64,000 bases of DNA, taken from NCBI GenBank assembly GCA_934772045.1, contig CAKVMH010000002.1:219062-283061 (forward strand), given 5' to 3'. This document shows, piece after piece, positions 27,057 to 35,625 of the stretch (within the stretch, counting starts at the first letter, position 1; each line of letters begins with the position of its first letter). Position numbers and translations under genes: made by a program. This stretch comes from an uncultured Clostridia bacterium (GTDB lineage: Bacteria; Bacillota; Clostridia; Christensenellales; UBA1242). The notes beneath the pieces were generated by a model. It did not search any database. It was not told the DNA's origin and saw nothing but the letters and a program-made list of their open reading frames with translations.

Positions 27057-28391
27057 TTAAACAAAGTTTTTAAAGAATTTTTCACGCAATAACAAAAGTT
27101 TTGCATCGTTAATGCGGTAACTATTGTCAACACTCATGCTGAAAATTTTGTTGAAATGCCCTATTGCTTTTTCGTCTTCAATAATCATAACGTCTTGCAA
27201 TGTTTGATTAATAAGCCCACGATTAAGTGTAAAAGAGCCATACATAGCATATTTTGAATCAATAACCATTGCATTAAAGCGAATGAACCCGTCATAAAGA
27301 TAACAATTTGCACCGCTTAAAGCAAGTTCTTTAACATACGCACGTGAAGCAAAATACCTACTGCTGTTTTCAGATTTTAAAGGTACCATTAACCTTACAT
27401 CGATGTTTGAATTTAATGCAAATTTCAGCAATGACATTATGCTTTCAGTCGGTATAAATTCTTCAACCTGAATTTGAATTGATTCTTTTGCCATACAAAT
27501 TGCTTTTATAAGCATCAATTCTAAGTCTTGATTAACAGCATTAGGTATGTATTGCATTGTAGCGTCTGCTTTCACTTCAAATTTCGGTGCAGTATATTCC
27601 ATGTATTTACCGCTTGCAAAAATGACATCTTTGTGCGCTGAAATATCGACTGCTTGGACAACATCGCCCTTAAATTTAAGCAACACATTTGCAACTGTAC
27701 ATTTATTTTTAAGTTGGCACTTTTTTGCGTCAATTTTGCCAAGATAAGCGGTTGTGCCATCAATAATTATGCGGTTGCGTTTATTGATTAATGTACGGTC
27801 GAAAGTGCGTAATTTGCTAAACTTATAAACTTTTGCACCTGCTTTAATTAATCCCTTTTTTGCCATGCGTGAAACATGCTTGTCATAAATAATTTTAACA
27901 ATAACCCCAGCTTCTAACTTTTTTAACAATGGCTGTTCAAGCCATTCAAAATCGTTAACATCTAATTTGGTAACTTCAAAAATTATATATTTTTTTGCGG
28001 TGTTGATTTCACGCAATAAATTTTCCTTAAATTTGATGTGCGAATGGAAGAATTCAACACTATTGTTGCCATACACTTGTGCATTGTACCCTAATTTATT
28101 AAAACTGAAATAATCATCTGTCAAATTTTCATCTGTCTTTAATAACTGCTTACTTACAAGGTTTTCAAAAACTTGGTCTTCTTTAACTTTAACGGACAAT
28201 GAATTGCGTTTTTTGTAATAAATGATTTTAGAGCATAAGTATATCACCCCACCAATAAGTGAAGTAAAAATAAAAAGCGTTAGCCACAAAATAATGGCGC
28301 GTGGTTTGTCGCGTTCAAAAATTATCATAATCGAGGACATTACAATCAGCAGAATTGCCAAAAGTAATATTAATAAAATTTTACCTAACAT
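27057..28391 (-). CDS. Membrane-anchored phospholipase D / cardiolipin-synthase-like protein; both HKD motifs appear degenerate
   Basis: Two N-terminal TM helices, then two PLD-like repeats. At the expected H-x-K positions it reads NKRNRIIIDG and IRFNAMVIDS. Confidence 0.6.
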   Translation of the reverse strand: MLGKILLILLLAILLIVMSSIMIIFERDKPRAIILWLTLFIFTSLIGGVIYLCSKIIYYKKRNSLSVKVKEDQVFENLVSKQLLKTDENLTDDYFSFNKLGYNAQVYGNNSVEFFHSHIKFKENLLREINTAKKYIIFEVTKLDVNDFEWLEQPLLKKLEAGVIVKIIYDKHVSRMAKKGLIKAGAKVYKFSKLRTFDRTLINKRNRIIIDGTTAYLGKIDAKKCQLKNKCTVANVLLKFKGDVVQAVDISAHKDVIFASGKYMEYTAPKFEVKADATMQYIPNAVNQDLELMLIKAICMAKESIQIQVEEFIPTESIMSLLKFALNSNIDVRLMVPLKSENSSRYFASRAYVKELALSGANCYLYDGFIRFNAMVIDSKYAMYGSFTLNRGLINQTLQDVMIIEDEKAIGHFNKIFSMSVDNSYRINDAKLLLLREKFFKNFV

Positions 28392-28485
28392 ATTTTTATT
28401 TTAACAAAAGTGCAATTTTAGTGCAACTAAAAATGTTAAAATTAAATTATTGCAGTTAAATTTTACAAAAATAAGCATAAAAATA

Positions 28486-28514
28486 TTGTAATTATTAAAA
28501 TTTTTTGCTAATAT
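28486..28514 (+). promoter_or_regulatory. Sigma-A promoter of the tRNA-Thr(CGU) array
   Basis: TTGTAA (28486-28491), 17-nt spacer, TAATAT (28509-28514), about 19 nt upstream of the tRNA 5' end. Confidence 0.55.
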
Positions 28515-28532
28515 ATTTACGATTACGCTTAT

Positions 28533-28608
28533 GCTGATGTAGCACAGTCGGTAGTGCAATTGATTCGTAATCAATAGGTCGCCGGTTCAAGTCCGGCCAT
28601 CAGCTCCA
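28533..28608 (+). tRNA. tRNA-Thr (anticodon CGT), canonical, CCA encoded
   Basis: GCTGATGTAGCACAGTCGGTAGTGCAATTGATTCGTAATCAATAGGTCGCCGGTTCAAGTCCGGCCATCAGCTCCA is a perfect 76-nt cloverleaf. Confidence 0.9.
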
Positions 28609-28667
28609 TTTTTTTTATTATCAGGGACGTGCTTGCACTACCGACGCTAAACTAAATTTTAATAAAT

Positions 28668-28890
28668 GCTGATGTAGCACAGTTGGCGAGTAGCGTTAAA
28701 CAATATGCCACAATTGGCATGTTGTAGCGGTGCCGTCAGGCAACGAGTGAGCGTTAGCGATGGAAGTGCAATTGATTCGTAATCTTAGTTTAAGAAAACT
28801 TCATTTCGTGCTCACAGATATATTTCTTTATCTGTTCGCTCTCAATTCGTTTACAATAGGTCGCCGGTTCAAGTCCGGCCATCAGCTCCA
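28668..28890 (+). ncRNA. 223-nt tRNA-Thr(CGU) derivative interrupted in the D-loop (82 nt replace 5 nt) and in the 3' anticodon stem (70-nt insertion); copy A
   Basis: 28668-28683 equals tRNA nt 1-16, 28766-28784 equals nt 22-40, and 28855-28890 equals nt 41-76. All three segments are identical to the canonical gene. Function unknown; it could be a pseudogene. Confidence 0.6.
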
Positions 28891-28949
28891 TTTTTTTTAT
28901 TATCAGGGACGTGCTTGCACTACCGACGCTAAACTAAATTTTAATAAAT

Positions 28950-29172
28950 GCTGATGTAGCACAGTTGGCGAGTAGCGTTAAACAATATGCCACAATTGGC
29001 ATGTTGTAGCGGTGCCGTCAGGCAACGAGTGAGCGTTAGCGATGGAAGTGCAATTGATTCGTAATCTTAGTTTAAGAAAACTTCATTTCGTGCTCACAGA
29101 TATATTTCTTTATCTGTTCGCTCTCAATTCGTTTACAATAGGTCGCCGGTTCAAGTCCGGCCATCAGCTCCA
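28950..29172 (+). ncRNA. Second, identical 223-nt interrupted tRNA-Thr(CGU) derivative; copy B
   Basis: The 282-bp unit (59-nt spacer plus 223 nt) at 28891-29172 looks identical to 28609-28890 when the two are read side by side. Confidence 0.6.
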
Positions 29173-29174
29173 AG

Positions 29175-29198
29175 TCCTAGAATGTCTAGGATTTTTTT
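29175..29198 (+). terminator. Rho-independent terminator closing the tRNA-Thr array
   Basis: tcctaga-atg-tctagga followed by T7. Confidence 0.85.
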
Positions 29199-29255
29199 AC
29201 AAAAAATGGCTACAAAACTAGAATTTGTAACCATTAAGTCAATAAGATTTGAATT

Positions 29256-30332
29256 TTATTTGTATACCACAGTAATGATTTTACAAATTTCAGGATGAGA
29301 AACACAAGTCAACTTCAGTTTCACGCTACCCTTATTTTTAAATATTAAATTAATCAAAGGCGGATTATTTGCAGTAATTTCTGCAATATTTTTTTCATCA
29401 TCAACAATCTCAACTTTTATGTATTGGTCGACATACTCATCATCGCCATATGTAATTTGGTAATTCACACTATAAGATTTTCTTGTGATTGTTAAAGTGT
29501 CATTTTCTAAATTCGGCAAAACAATTTTATATTCTTTTGATGGCACAATTATTGAACTGTCGTCTTTTGTTTCGTCATTTTCATTATTATTTTCTTCATC
29601 TTTACAATCATCGGTCTTGTAGCCTTCATAATTGTTTTCATCAATTTTGTTGTCGTCGTCATTGTGTTCTTCTTTTTCATCAACTTTGTTGTCGGCGTCA
29701 TTTTGTTCTTTTTTCTCATCAGTTTTGTTGCCATCATCACTGTTTTCTTCGTTTTTATCGGTTTTATTATCGTTGTCACTTATATCGTCCGTATTGTCGT
29801 CTATGTTGCTATCGCCAGTGTTATCACCTGTTGTTTTGTCGTCGTCTAGTTTGACGTCGTTGTCATTATTGTAATTATCATCTTTATCGTTGTTATCTGT
29901 GTCGTCGTTTGAATTTATATCCTCATCTTTCTTTTCTGTGCTTGAATTATCATTTCTGCCATCATCTTTTGTGGTGCCTCTGTCTTCATTGTTTTCCGTC
30001 TTGTTTGTACCTTTATTATCGTCATCTGCCGAAATAGTGCTGTCATTATTACCTTTGTTAGAACTAGAATTTTCTTGATTATCAGTCTTAGTTTCGCTGT
30101 CACCAGAACTAGAATTATTATCACTACTATTAGAAGATGTATCATTATCGCCATTTGGTTTGTCGCTCGGTTTGATATTGGTGTAATTGCCATTCTTATT
30201 TTTGTTGTCAGTTTGTGAATTTTCATACCCAAAGTTATTGTTCGCTTCAATATTTCTTTTGACAATTAAAAAAATTGCTAGCGTTAATACTAGCGCGATA
30301 CATAAAATTGGATAAAAAATTGCTTTACGCAC
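29256..30332 (-). CDS. Membrane-anchored, extremely acidic D/N/K/E-rich protein with a small beta-rich C-terminal domain
   Basis: N-terminal TM (ILCIALVLTLAIFLIV), about 230 aa of low complexity with internal 13-aa repeats, then an ordered C-terminal ~100 aa. Confidence 0.6.
   Translation of the reverse strand: MRKAIFYPILCIALVLTLAIFLIVKRNIEANNNFGYENSQTDNKNKNGNYTNIKPSDKPNGDNDTSSNSSDNNSSSGDSETKTDNQENSSSNKGNNDSTISADDDNKGTNKTENNEDRGTTKDDGRNDNSSTEKKDEDINSNDDTDNNDKDDNYNNDNDVKLDDDKTTGDNTGDSNIDDNTDDISDNDNKTDKNEENSDDGNKTDEKKEQNDADNKVDEKEEHNDDDNKIDENNYEGYKTDDCKDEENNNENDETKDDSSIIVPSKEYKIVLPNLENDTLTITRKSYSVNYQITYGDDEYVDQYIKVEIVDDEKNIAEITANNPPLINLIFKNKGSVKLKLTCVSHPEICKIITVVYK
29635..29790. repeat. Four imperfect 39-bp tandem repeats inside the acidic protein gene
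   Basis: Units begin ttttcatcaaYtttgttgtcg.... They encode the repeat DNK.DE..E.ND. Confidence 0.7.
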
Positions 30333-30437
30333 GATAAAGCAATTCTAACACAATAGGTAAAAATAAGCAATTATTTTGTCGAATTTTAAAAGTTTACTAA
30401 TAAAATTCGTATTTATTGAAAAGTACAAGAAAATTAA

Positions 30438-31445
30438 CTAATTATTTTCCTTTTTACGGTTGGTTATAATGTTAATTTTATGTTTTTCATTGTTAAGGTA
30501 AGATATGTAACCTTTAACCCTACTGTTGAGTTTGTAAAGATAATGTGTTGCAACATTTGCCCTGTCGCTGTTCTCTTTTGTTATCGCCATGGCTGTGAAA
30601 CCGTTGTCTAATTTAATAACTGCGCCGACAGGCAAAATTTTAACAACAGTGCCTTCCACTTCGTCGTCAATTTTAAGTTGATTAAAGGCTTCGTCCCTAG
30701 GGTCTGTGGTGAGTTGCTTCAACCCAACGCTTATGCGTGAAAAATCTGTGTTAGCGTCAAGCACTTTAAATTGATGAACAGATTGTTCGGTTAAAACGCT
30801 TTTTAAACTGTCAATTCGACCATAACTTGCGTCTGCAATTGAAAGTTTTGCTTTTGCGCCAGTTTCTAGCAACACGACAGCATACTTATCTTCTAATTTG
30901 ATAATGGTGCCTGACAAAACTTCACCAATTTCAACTGGCTGAATTTCAGTGTTCATAAGCAATTTTGTGCTACATATAATTGATTTTTTAATGTTGTTCA
31001 ATTCAATAACAATTGCGTTGATTTCGCGGTTAATTAAACTGTCTTTATTTGCAAAATCTTGTGGTGCGCATTGGCTGAATGGCAAAAACACGCGATACCC
31101 CATAAATTCGCCCAAAATACCAGCAGTGTTAATTGCTGTTGCAACAAAACTAAGTTCACTGCCAACTTTTAAAGCCTTTAATTTTTCCTTATCTTCAATT
31201 GCTTTATTAACGCCTGCATGGTTCAAAATAAGGCAACCTTTGTCGTCAATACTGCCAGTCACCATAACCAAAATTGCGTCGCCAAGTTTAAAAGAAGGTT
31301 CAAGTTCAGTGCGTGGGAAAACACCTTCTTTAAGCCCACCGATTGCAACAACAACTTCCTTTTCACCAATCATAACAATTGTGCCAGTGATGATGTCACC
31401 ACGGTTGTATTGCGTCATGCTAATATTAAAATCTTTCATTTTCAT
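30438..31445 (-). CDS. S1 RNA-binding domain protein (short ribosomal protein S1 homologue, about 4 S1 repeats)
   Basis: Repeated GD...G.V........V.L..G..G/A motifs. Sits in the Firmicute plsC-rpsA type neighbourhood. Confidence 0.75.
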   Translation of the reverse strand: MKMKDFNISMTQYNRGDIITGTIVMIGEKEVVVAIGGLKEGVFPRTELEPSFKLGDAILVMVTGSIDDKGCLILNHAGVNKAIEDKEKLKALKVGSELSFVATAINTAGILGEFMGYRVFLPFSQCAPQDFANKDSLINREINAIVIELNNIKKSIICSTKLLMNTEIQPVEIGEVLSGTIIKLEDKYAVVLLETGAKAKLSIADASYGRIDSLKSVLTEQSVHQFKVLDANTDFSRISVGLKQLTTDPRDEAFNQLKIDDEVEGTVVKILPVGAVIKLDNGFTAMAITKENSDRANVATHYLYKLNSRVKGYISYLNNEKHKINIITNRKKENN

Positions 31446-31448
31446 GTT

Positions 31449-32039
31449 TTATTCTCCTTTAAGTAATTCATTCATTTTGCTGACAATTAAATCAGCAAAT
31501 TCTGCCATATACGCCTTGTCACCCTTCCTTGTTGGGTCTGGATACAAAGGCTCACCAATAAAAAGTTTTGTGCGCCTAAAAGCCTTAATTTTTTTGCTAT
31601 ACATCATTGGCACAACTGGTGTGTTTGTCCTAATCGCAAACATTGCAACCCCTTCTTTTGCCGAACCATCTTCAATGACCGGTGTCTTCGCACGAGTGCC
31701 TTGTGGGAAAATGCAAATATGTTTGCCTTTGTTTATCAAACGCAAAATTTCCTTAATTGAACTTGGTTCCACTTTTTGCCTGTCGACCCTAACCGCCCCA
31801 ATGCAACGATAAAAAGCCGATGCAAATTTGTTTTTAAATAGCTCTTTTTTAGCTAAAAAATAATGTTTCTTTTTAAAGGTTATGTCCAACATAGGTGCGT
31901 CTAAATTTGACATGTGATTGCATGCCACAATGTAATTTTGTTTTTTCAAACTTTTTAAATTTTTCTTACCGACTTTTTTAATTGGAAAAATCAAAAATAA
32001 CGGCAAAAATGCAATAACAAACATTATCCAAAATAACAT
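31449..32039 (-). CDS. plsC: 1-acyl-sn-glycerol-3-phosphate acyltransferase
   Basis: N-terminal TM; HX4D motif NHMSNLD; FPQGTR motif. Confidence 0.85.
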   Translation of the reverse strand: MLFWIMFVIAFLPLFLIFPIKKVGKKNLKSLKKQNYIVACNHMSNLDAPMLDITFKKKHYFLAKKELFKNKFASAFYRCIGAVRVDRQKVEPSSIKEILRLINKGKHICIFPQGTRAKTPVIEDGSAKEGVAMFAIRTNTPVVPMMYSKKIKAFRRTKLFIGEPLYPDPTRKGDKAYMAEFADLIVSKMNELLKGE

Positions 32040-32043
32040 ATAA

Positions 32044-33270
32044 TTACCCTTTTATAGCATTGCCGGCAACATATCCTGTTGACCATGCAATTTGTAAATT
32101 AAAACCACCAGTAAGCGCGTCAACATCAAGCAATTCGCCCACAATGTAAAGGTTAGGGACCAACTTACTCTCGCAAGTTTTAGAGTTAATTTGCTTCACA
32201 TCGACACCGCCAGCGGTTACGATACTAACATTGATATTATCTAATGATTTTATTAAAAAGTCAAATTTTTTAAGTCCGTTTAAAATTTTGGTTCGCTCCG
32301 TTTTCGTCAAATCTGCCATTTTTTTGTTTGGCAAGCCCAAATGCTCAATAAAATAGCCCACGAACGAATGTGGTAAAATGGTTAAAAGGTAATTTTTAAG
32401 GTCTGTTTTTGCAAATTCAACACAAGCGCGCTGTAATTTTTGTTCAACTTGTGTAACTGACAATGCAGGTTTTAAATCTAAAATAAATTTTGCCTTGTTA
32501 ATGTCAAACCCATTAATTTTGCTAGACAAAGTGAGTGCAATTGGCCCTGTTATTGAATTGAACGTAAACATCATTTCGCCAAATTCGCTAAATTTTTTGT
32601 TGCCAATTTCAATTTCAGCACTGACATTCCTTAAACTTAAACCATTCAATTCACTCACATCATCATATAACACAATTGGGCATAATGCACTTTTGACTTC
32701 AATTATGTTGTGCCCAAATTGTTTTGCAATTTTATAGCCTAAATTTGTCGCCCCCGTGCCAGCATATGACAATCCACCCGTTGCTAAAATTAAACTATTA
32801 GCAGTGTACTCAATGCCGTTGTTACACTTTATATGGAAAATATTGTCAGCTTTTGAAACGGCTTCAATTTCATTATTTAATGAAATTTTTGCGTCATATT
32901 TATGCAAACATTTTTCCAAAGTTTTGATTACGTCGCTTGATTTGTCACTTTCTGGAAACACCCTTTTGCCACGCTCTGTGCGCGTTGGTAATCCGTTATT
33001 TTCAAAAAACTCAATAGTGTCTTGTGGTGTAAAACTGTTTAACGCAGAATACATAAATTTGCTGTTGTGCATTATGTTTTCCAAATGTGTTTCAACACTG
33101 CTGTTGTTTGTTAAATTGCATTTACCTTTGCCGGTGATGTAAAGTTTTTTACCAAGTTTTTCATTATGGTCTAAAATCAAAGTTTTGTTACCATTACGCG
33201 ATGCAAAAATTGCTGACATCATGCCTGACGCCCCGCCACCGATAACAATAACATCAAATTTTGTTTCCAT
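32044..33270 (-). CDS. NAD(P)/FAD-dependent oxidoreductase, HI0933/BaiN-like flavoprotein
   Basis: DVIVIGGGASGMM dinucleotide fold; ITGKGKCNLTN; C-terminal GELLDVDALTGGFNLQ. Confidence 0.8.
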   Translation of the reverse strand: METKFDVIVIGGGASGMMSAIFASRNGNKTLILDHNEKLGKKLYITGKGKCNLTNNSSVETHLENIMHNSKFMYSALNSFTPQDTIEFFENNGLPTRTERGKRVFPESDKSSDVIKTLEKCLHKYDAKISLNNEIEAVSKADNIFHIKCNNGIEYTANSLILATGGLSYAGTGATNLGYKIAKQFGHNIIEVKSALCPIVLYDDVSELNGLSLRNVSAEIEIGNKKFSEFGEMMFTFNSITGPIALTLSSKINGFDINKAKFILDLKPALSVTQVEQKLQRACVEFAKTDLKNYLLTILPHSFVGYFIEHLGLPNKKMADLTKTERTKILNGLKKFDFLIKSLDNINVSIVTAGGVDVKQINSKTCESKLVPNLYIVGELLDVDALTGGFNLQIAWSTGYVAGNAIKG

Positions 33271-33360
33271 TTTGGTATTCTATCACAAGTTACAATATAA
33301 AGCAACCATACAAAGTTAAATAAGTTTAAAAGGACATTAAAAAATAGCCTTAATGAATGG

Positions 33361-34071
33361 CTACTTTTTTAAACTTAAAACATATTTCATTTCTTTGGCA
33401 TTTAAAGGTGTATACTCACCCCTTGAAAGCCCACCTAAGCGTACGTCGCCGATTTGTACGCGTTTCAAAAACTTTACTGTTTTGTTAACAGTTTCAAACA
33501 TCTTCCTGATTTGCCTATTTTTACCTTCTGTGATTGTTACGGCAAGTTTTGTTTGTGTTGGGTTTTGGTCAAGCACCACAATGCTACAAGGTTTTGTTTT
33601 GTATCCGTCAATTTCAACGCCTGATGAAAGGGTTTTAATCTCATCTTTTGAAATTGAACCTTCAATTGTCGCATTATATATTTTTTTAATTTCGCTGTTT
33701 GGGCGTGTCAAAATATTTGCTAAATCGCCGTCATTTGTAAGCAACAACAAACCTTCCGTATCATAATCTAGCCTTCCAACTGGGAAAATGCGCGCATGTA
33801 CGCCACGCATAAGTTCCATAACAGTTTTCCTGTCCTTTTCATCATTCACTGTTGAAACGTAACCTTTTGGTTTGTGTAATTTATAGTAAACAAAACTTTC
33901 CTTAACATGCAATGTTTTGCCGTCTATTGTGACATGGTCGGTTTCTTTAATATCGGTTGCAAGGTTTGTAACCACCTTATTGTTAACTTTAACTTTACCT
34001 GCAGTGATTAATTCTTCTGCCTTTCTTCTGCTCGCAACACCTGCGGTTGCAATGTATTTATTTATTCTCAT
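33361..34071 (-). CDS. rluB: rRNA pseudouridine synthase, RsuA/RluB family
   Basis: S4 domain (RINKYIATAGVASRRKAEELI) and catalytic GRLDYDTEGLLLLTNDG. Confidence 0.85.
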   Translation of the reverse strand: MRINKYIATAGVASRRKAEELITAGKVKVNNKVVTNLATDIKETDHVTIDGKTLHVKESFVYYKLHKPKGYVSTVNDEKDRKTVMELMRGVHARIFPVGRLDYDTEGLLLLTNDGDLANILTRPNSEIKKIYNATIEGSISKDEIKTLSSGVEIDGYKTKPCSIVVLDQNPTQTKLAVTITEGKNRQIRKMFETVNKTVKFLKRVQIGDVRLGGLSRGEYTPLNAKEMKYVLSLKK

Positions 34072-35227
34072 TTAATTTTTCTTCCCATAGTATTTCTTTG
34101 ATTTGAAGTGTTTTATTGTCTAAAAACTTGTCAATCTTATTCATTGTAAACAATTTTACAGAATTAATCAACTGATTATCAAAATAAACTTCAATTTTAC
34201 CCACTTCTTGCCCTGATTTTGCGTCTTCTAATTTCACATTGTATTTCAAAGTTATGTCATCATATTCATTGCGCCTTACTGGAAAATAGAAATTGTCGCC
34301 AGCATAAAGGTACAACCTTCCAGATTGTTCATCATCAATATATTCATTGTAAATTTGTTTATTTTTATCAATTATTTGAACATCCCTAAAATCTATAAAA
34401 CTATTTTCCAATATGTCAGCACTTTCTTCAAACATAGGTCCGCAATTCAACACAACACACACCCTAGTGTGACCGTCCCTTTCGCAAGCGCTAACCAAAC
34501 ATCTGCCAGCATTTGATGTGAAGCCAGTTTTGACACCACAACAGCCTTCCAGACTTGAAAGCAAACGATTTTTATTTGTTAAATAGCGTTTGTCTGCTTG
34601 ATTAGTTGCTGGAATGATATGTGTTTTTGTCGACACAATCTCTTTAAAAATTGGGTTGTTTAAGGCATAAGCAGTTATAAGTGCCAAATCATATGCAGTC
34701 GTGTAATGCTCCTTGTTGTCCAACCCATGCGGATTAACAAAATGAGTGTTTGTCGCGCCAACTTTTCTTGCCATATCATTCATAAGGCGAGCAAACCCTT
34801 CAACATTTCCGCCAACATGATACGCAAGCGCAGTTGCACTGTCATTTCCGCTTCTAAGCATAAGCCCATACAACAAATCGCGCACTTTAATTTGTTCGTT
34901 TTTCTTTAAATATATAGACGTACCTTCCACTCCCACCGCTTTATCGTTAACGGTTATTGTTTCATCTAAGTTTGTGCAGTTGTCAATTACTGTTATTGCT
35001 GTTGCCACTTTTGTTGTGGAAGCCATAGGCAGTTTTTCTGCTTTATTTTTGGAGTATAAAATGCGTTTGCTGTCCTTATCTAAAACACACATTGCTTTTG
35101 CCGATGTCATAACAGCAAATGTGTCGGCATTTTTAGGAGTTGCAATAAATCCTAAAAAAGCAGGCAAAACACAAGCAAAAATCAGCACAAAAATTGCAAT
35201 TTTGCTTTTAAAATTGTGCTTTATCAT
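34058..35227 (-). CDS. D-alanyl-D-alanine carboxypeptidase (PBP5/DacB-like)
   Basis: Signal/TM; SxxK (ASTTK), SGN and KTG motifs. Precedes ytfJ-like sporulation genes. Confidence 0.85.
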   Translation of the reverse strand: MIKHNFKSKIAIFVLIFACVLPAFLGFIATPKNADTFAVMTSAKAMCVLDKDSKRILYSKNKAEKLPMASTTKVATAITVIDNCTNLDETITVNDKAVGVEGTSIYLKKNEQIKVRDLLYGLMLRSGNDSATALAYHVGGNVEGFARLMNDMARKVGATNTHFVNPHGLDNKEHYTTAYDLALITAYALNNPIFKEIVSTKTHIIPATNQADKRYLTNKNRLLSSLEGCCGVKTGFTSNAGRCLVSACERDGHTRVCVVLNCGPMFEESADILENSFIDFRDVQIIDKNKQIYNEYIDDEQSGRLYLYAGDNFYFPVRRNEYDDITLKYNVKLEDAKSGQEVGKIEVYFDNQLINSVKLFTMNKIDKFLDNKTLQIKEILWEEKLNENK

Positions 35228-35625
35228 TTCATGCCACCTGCAAATTTTTTAAGCACATCGGTCGCATTTTTTATAAGGTTTAAATATGCGGTTGATTTGT
35301 CGGCGTGTATGATTTTAAACTTATTGTTATTTACCACAAAAAAGCCAATAGGCGAAACTGTAAACCCACCGCCTGTGCCACCTGCCATTGGGAAATCGGC
35401 AGAATTACGCTTTGCATTTAAGTCGTTATATTCACCACCGCCAGAAACAAAACCAACGCTGACCTTTGAAATTGGAATAATAACCGAGTTGTCCGGCATG
35501 GTTATTGCGTTGCCAATAACGCAATTTACGTCAATAAGTGAACGAACCTTATCAAGCGACACATCAATGAGCGACTCGATTTTGTTATCCCTGTTTAAAC
35601 TTACTTTTTCTGTTTTTTTCATCAT
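35224..35625 (-). CDS. ytfJ: GerW/YtfJ family sporulation protein
   Basis: 133 aa. VIIPISKVSVGFVSGGGEY and GGTGGGFTVSPIGF are typical YtfJ motifs. Confidence 0.8.
   Translation of the reverse strand: MMKKTEKVSLNRDNKIESLIDVSLDKVRSLIDVNCVIGNAITMPDNSVIIPISKVSVGFVSGGGEYNDLNAKRNSADFPMAGGTGGGFTVSPIGFFVVNNNKFKIIHADKSTAYLNLIKNATDVLKKFAGGMK

Noticed and set aside
28668-28680. Hammerhead-like CUGAUG at the start of the tRNA-derived units and CUGAGCG in the hairpin repeats
   Set aside because: The strings do not match the CUGANGA core, and the required GAAA and stem III context is missing.
28684-28854. Group I or group II intron, or archaeal-type BHB intron, in the interrupted tRNA-Thr copies
   Set aside because: The inserts (82 and 70 nt) are too short for self-splicing intron cores. 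Their positions (D-loop, and between nt 40 and 41) are not the bacterial group I anticodon-loop site. No bulge-helix-bulge motif is evident. I kept only the neutral description.
28760-28954. 64-aa ORF inside the tRNA-Thr array
   Set aside because: It starts inside the 82-nt insert, reads through tRNA-identical sequence and the spacer, and has no SD. Its sequence is dictated by the tRNA repeat rather than by coding constraint.
29489-30265. Several overlapping ORFs on both strands (29489-29854, 29549-29779, 29632-29874, 29664-29849, 29890-30078, 29915-30265)
   Set aside because: They are alternative-frame or antisense readings of the low-complexity repeat region of the acidic protein gene. Only the 29256-30332 frame has a signal/TM start and an ordered C-terminal domain.
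30949-31812. 287-aa ORF on the plus strand
   Set aside because: It is entirely antisense to the well-supported S1-domain and plsC genes. It has no SD, and its composition (S/I/L/F-rich) is what antisense reading of AT-rich coding DNA gives.
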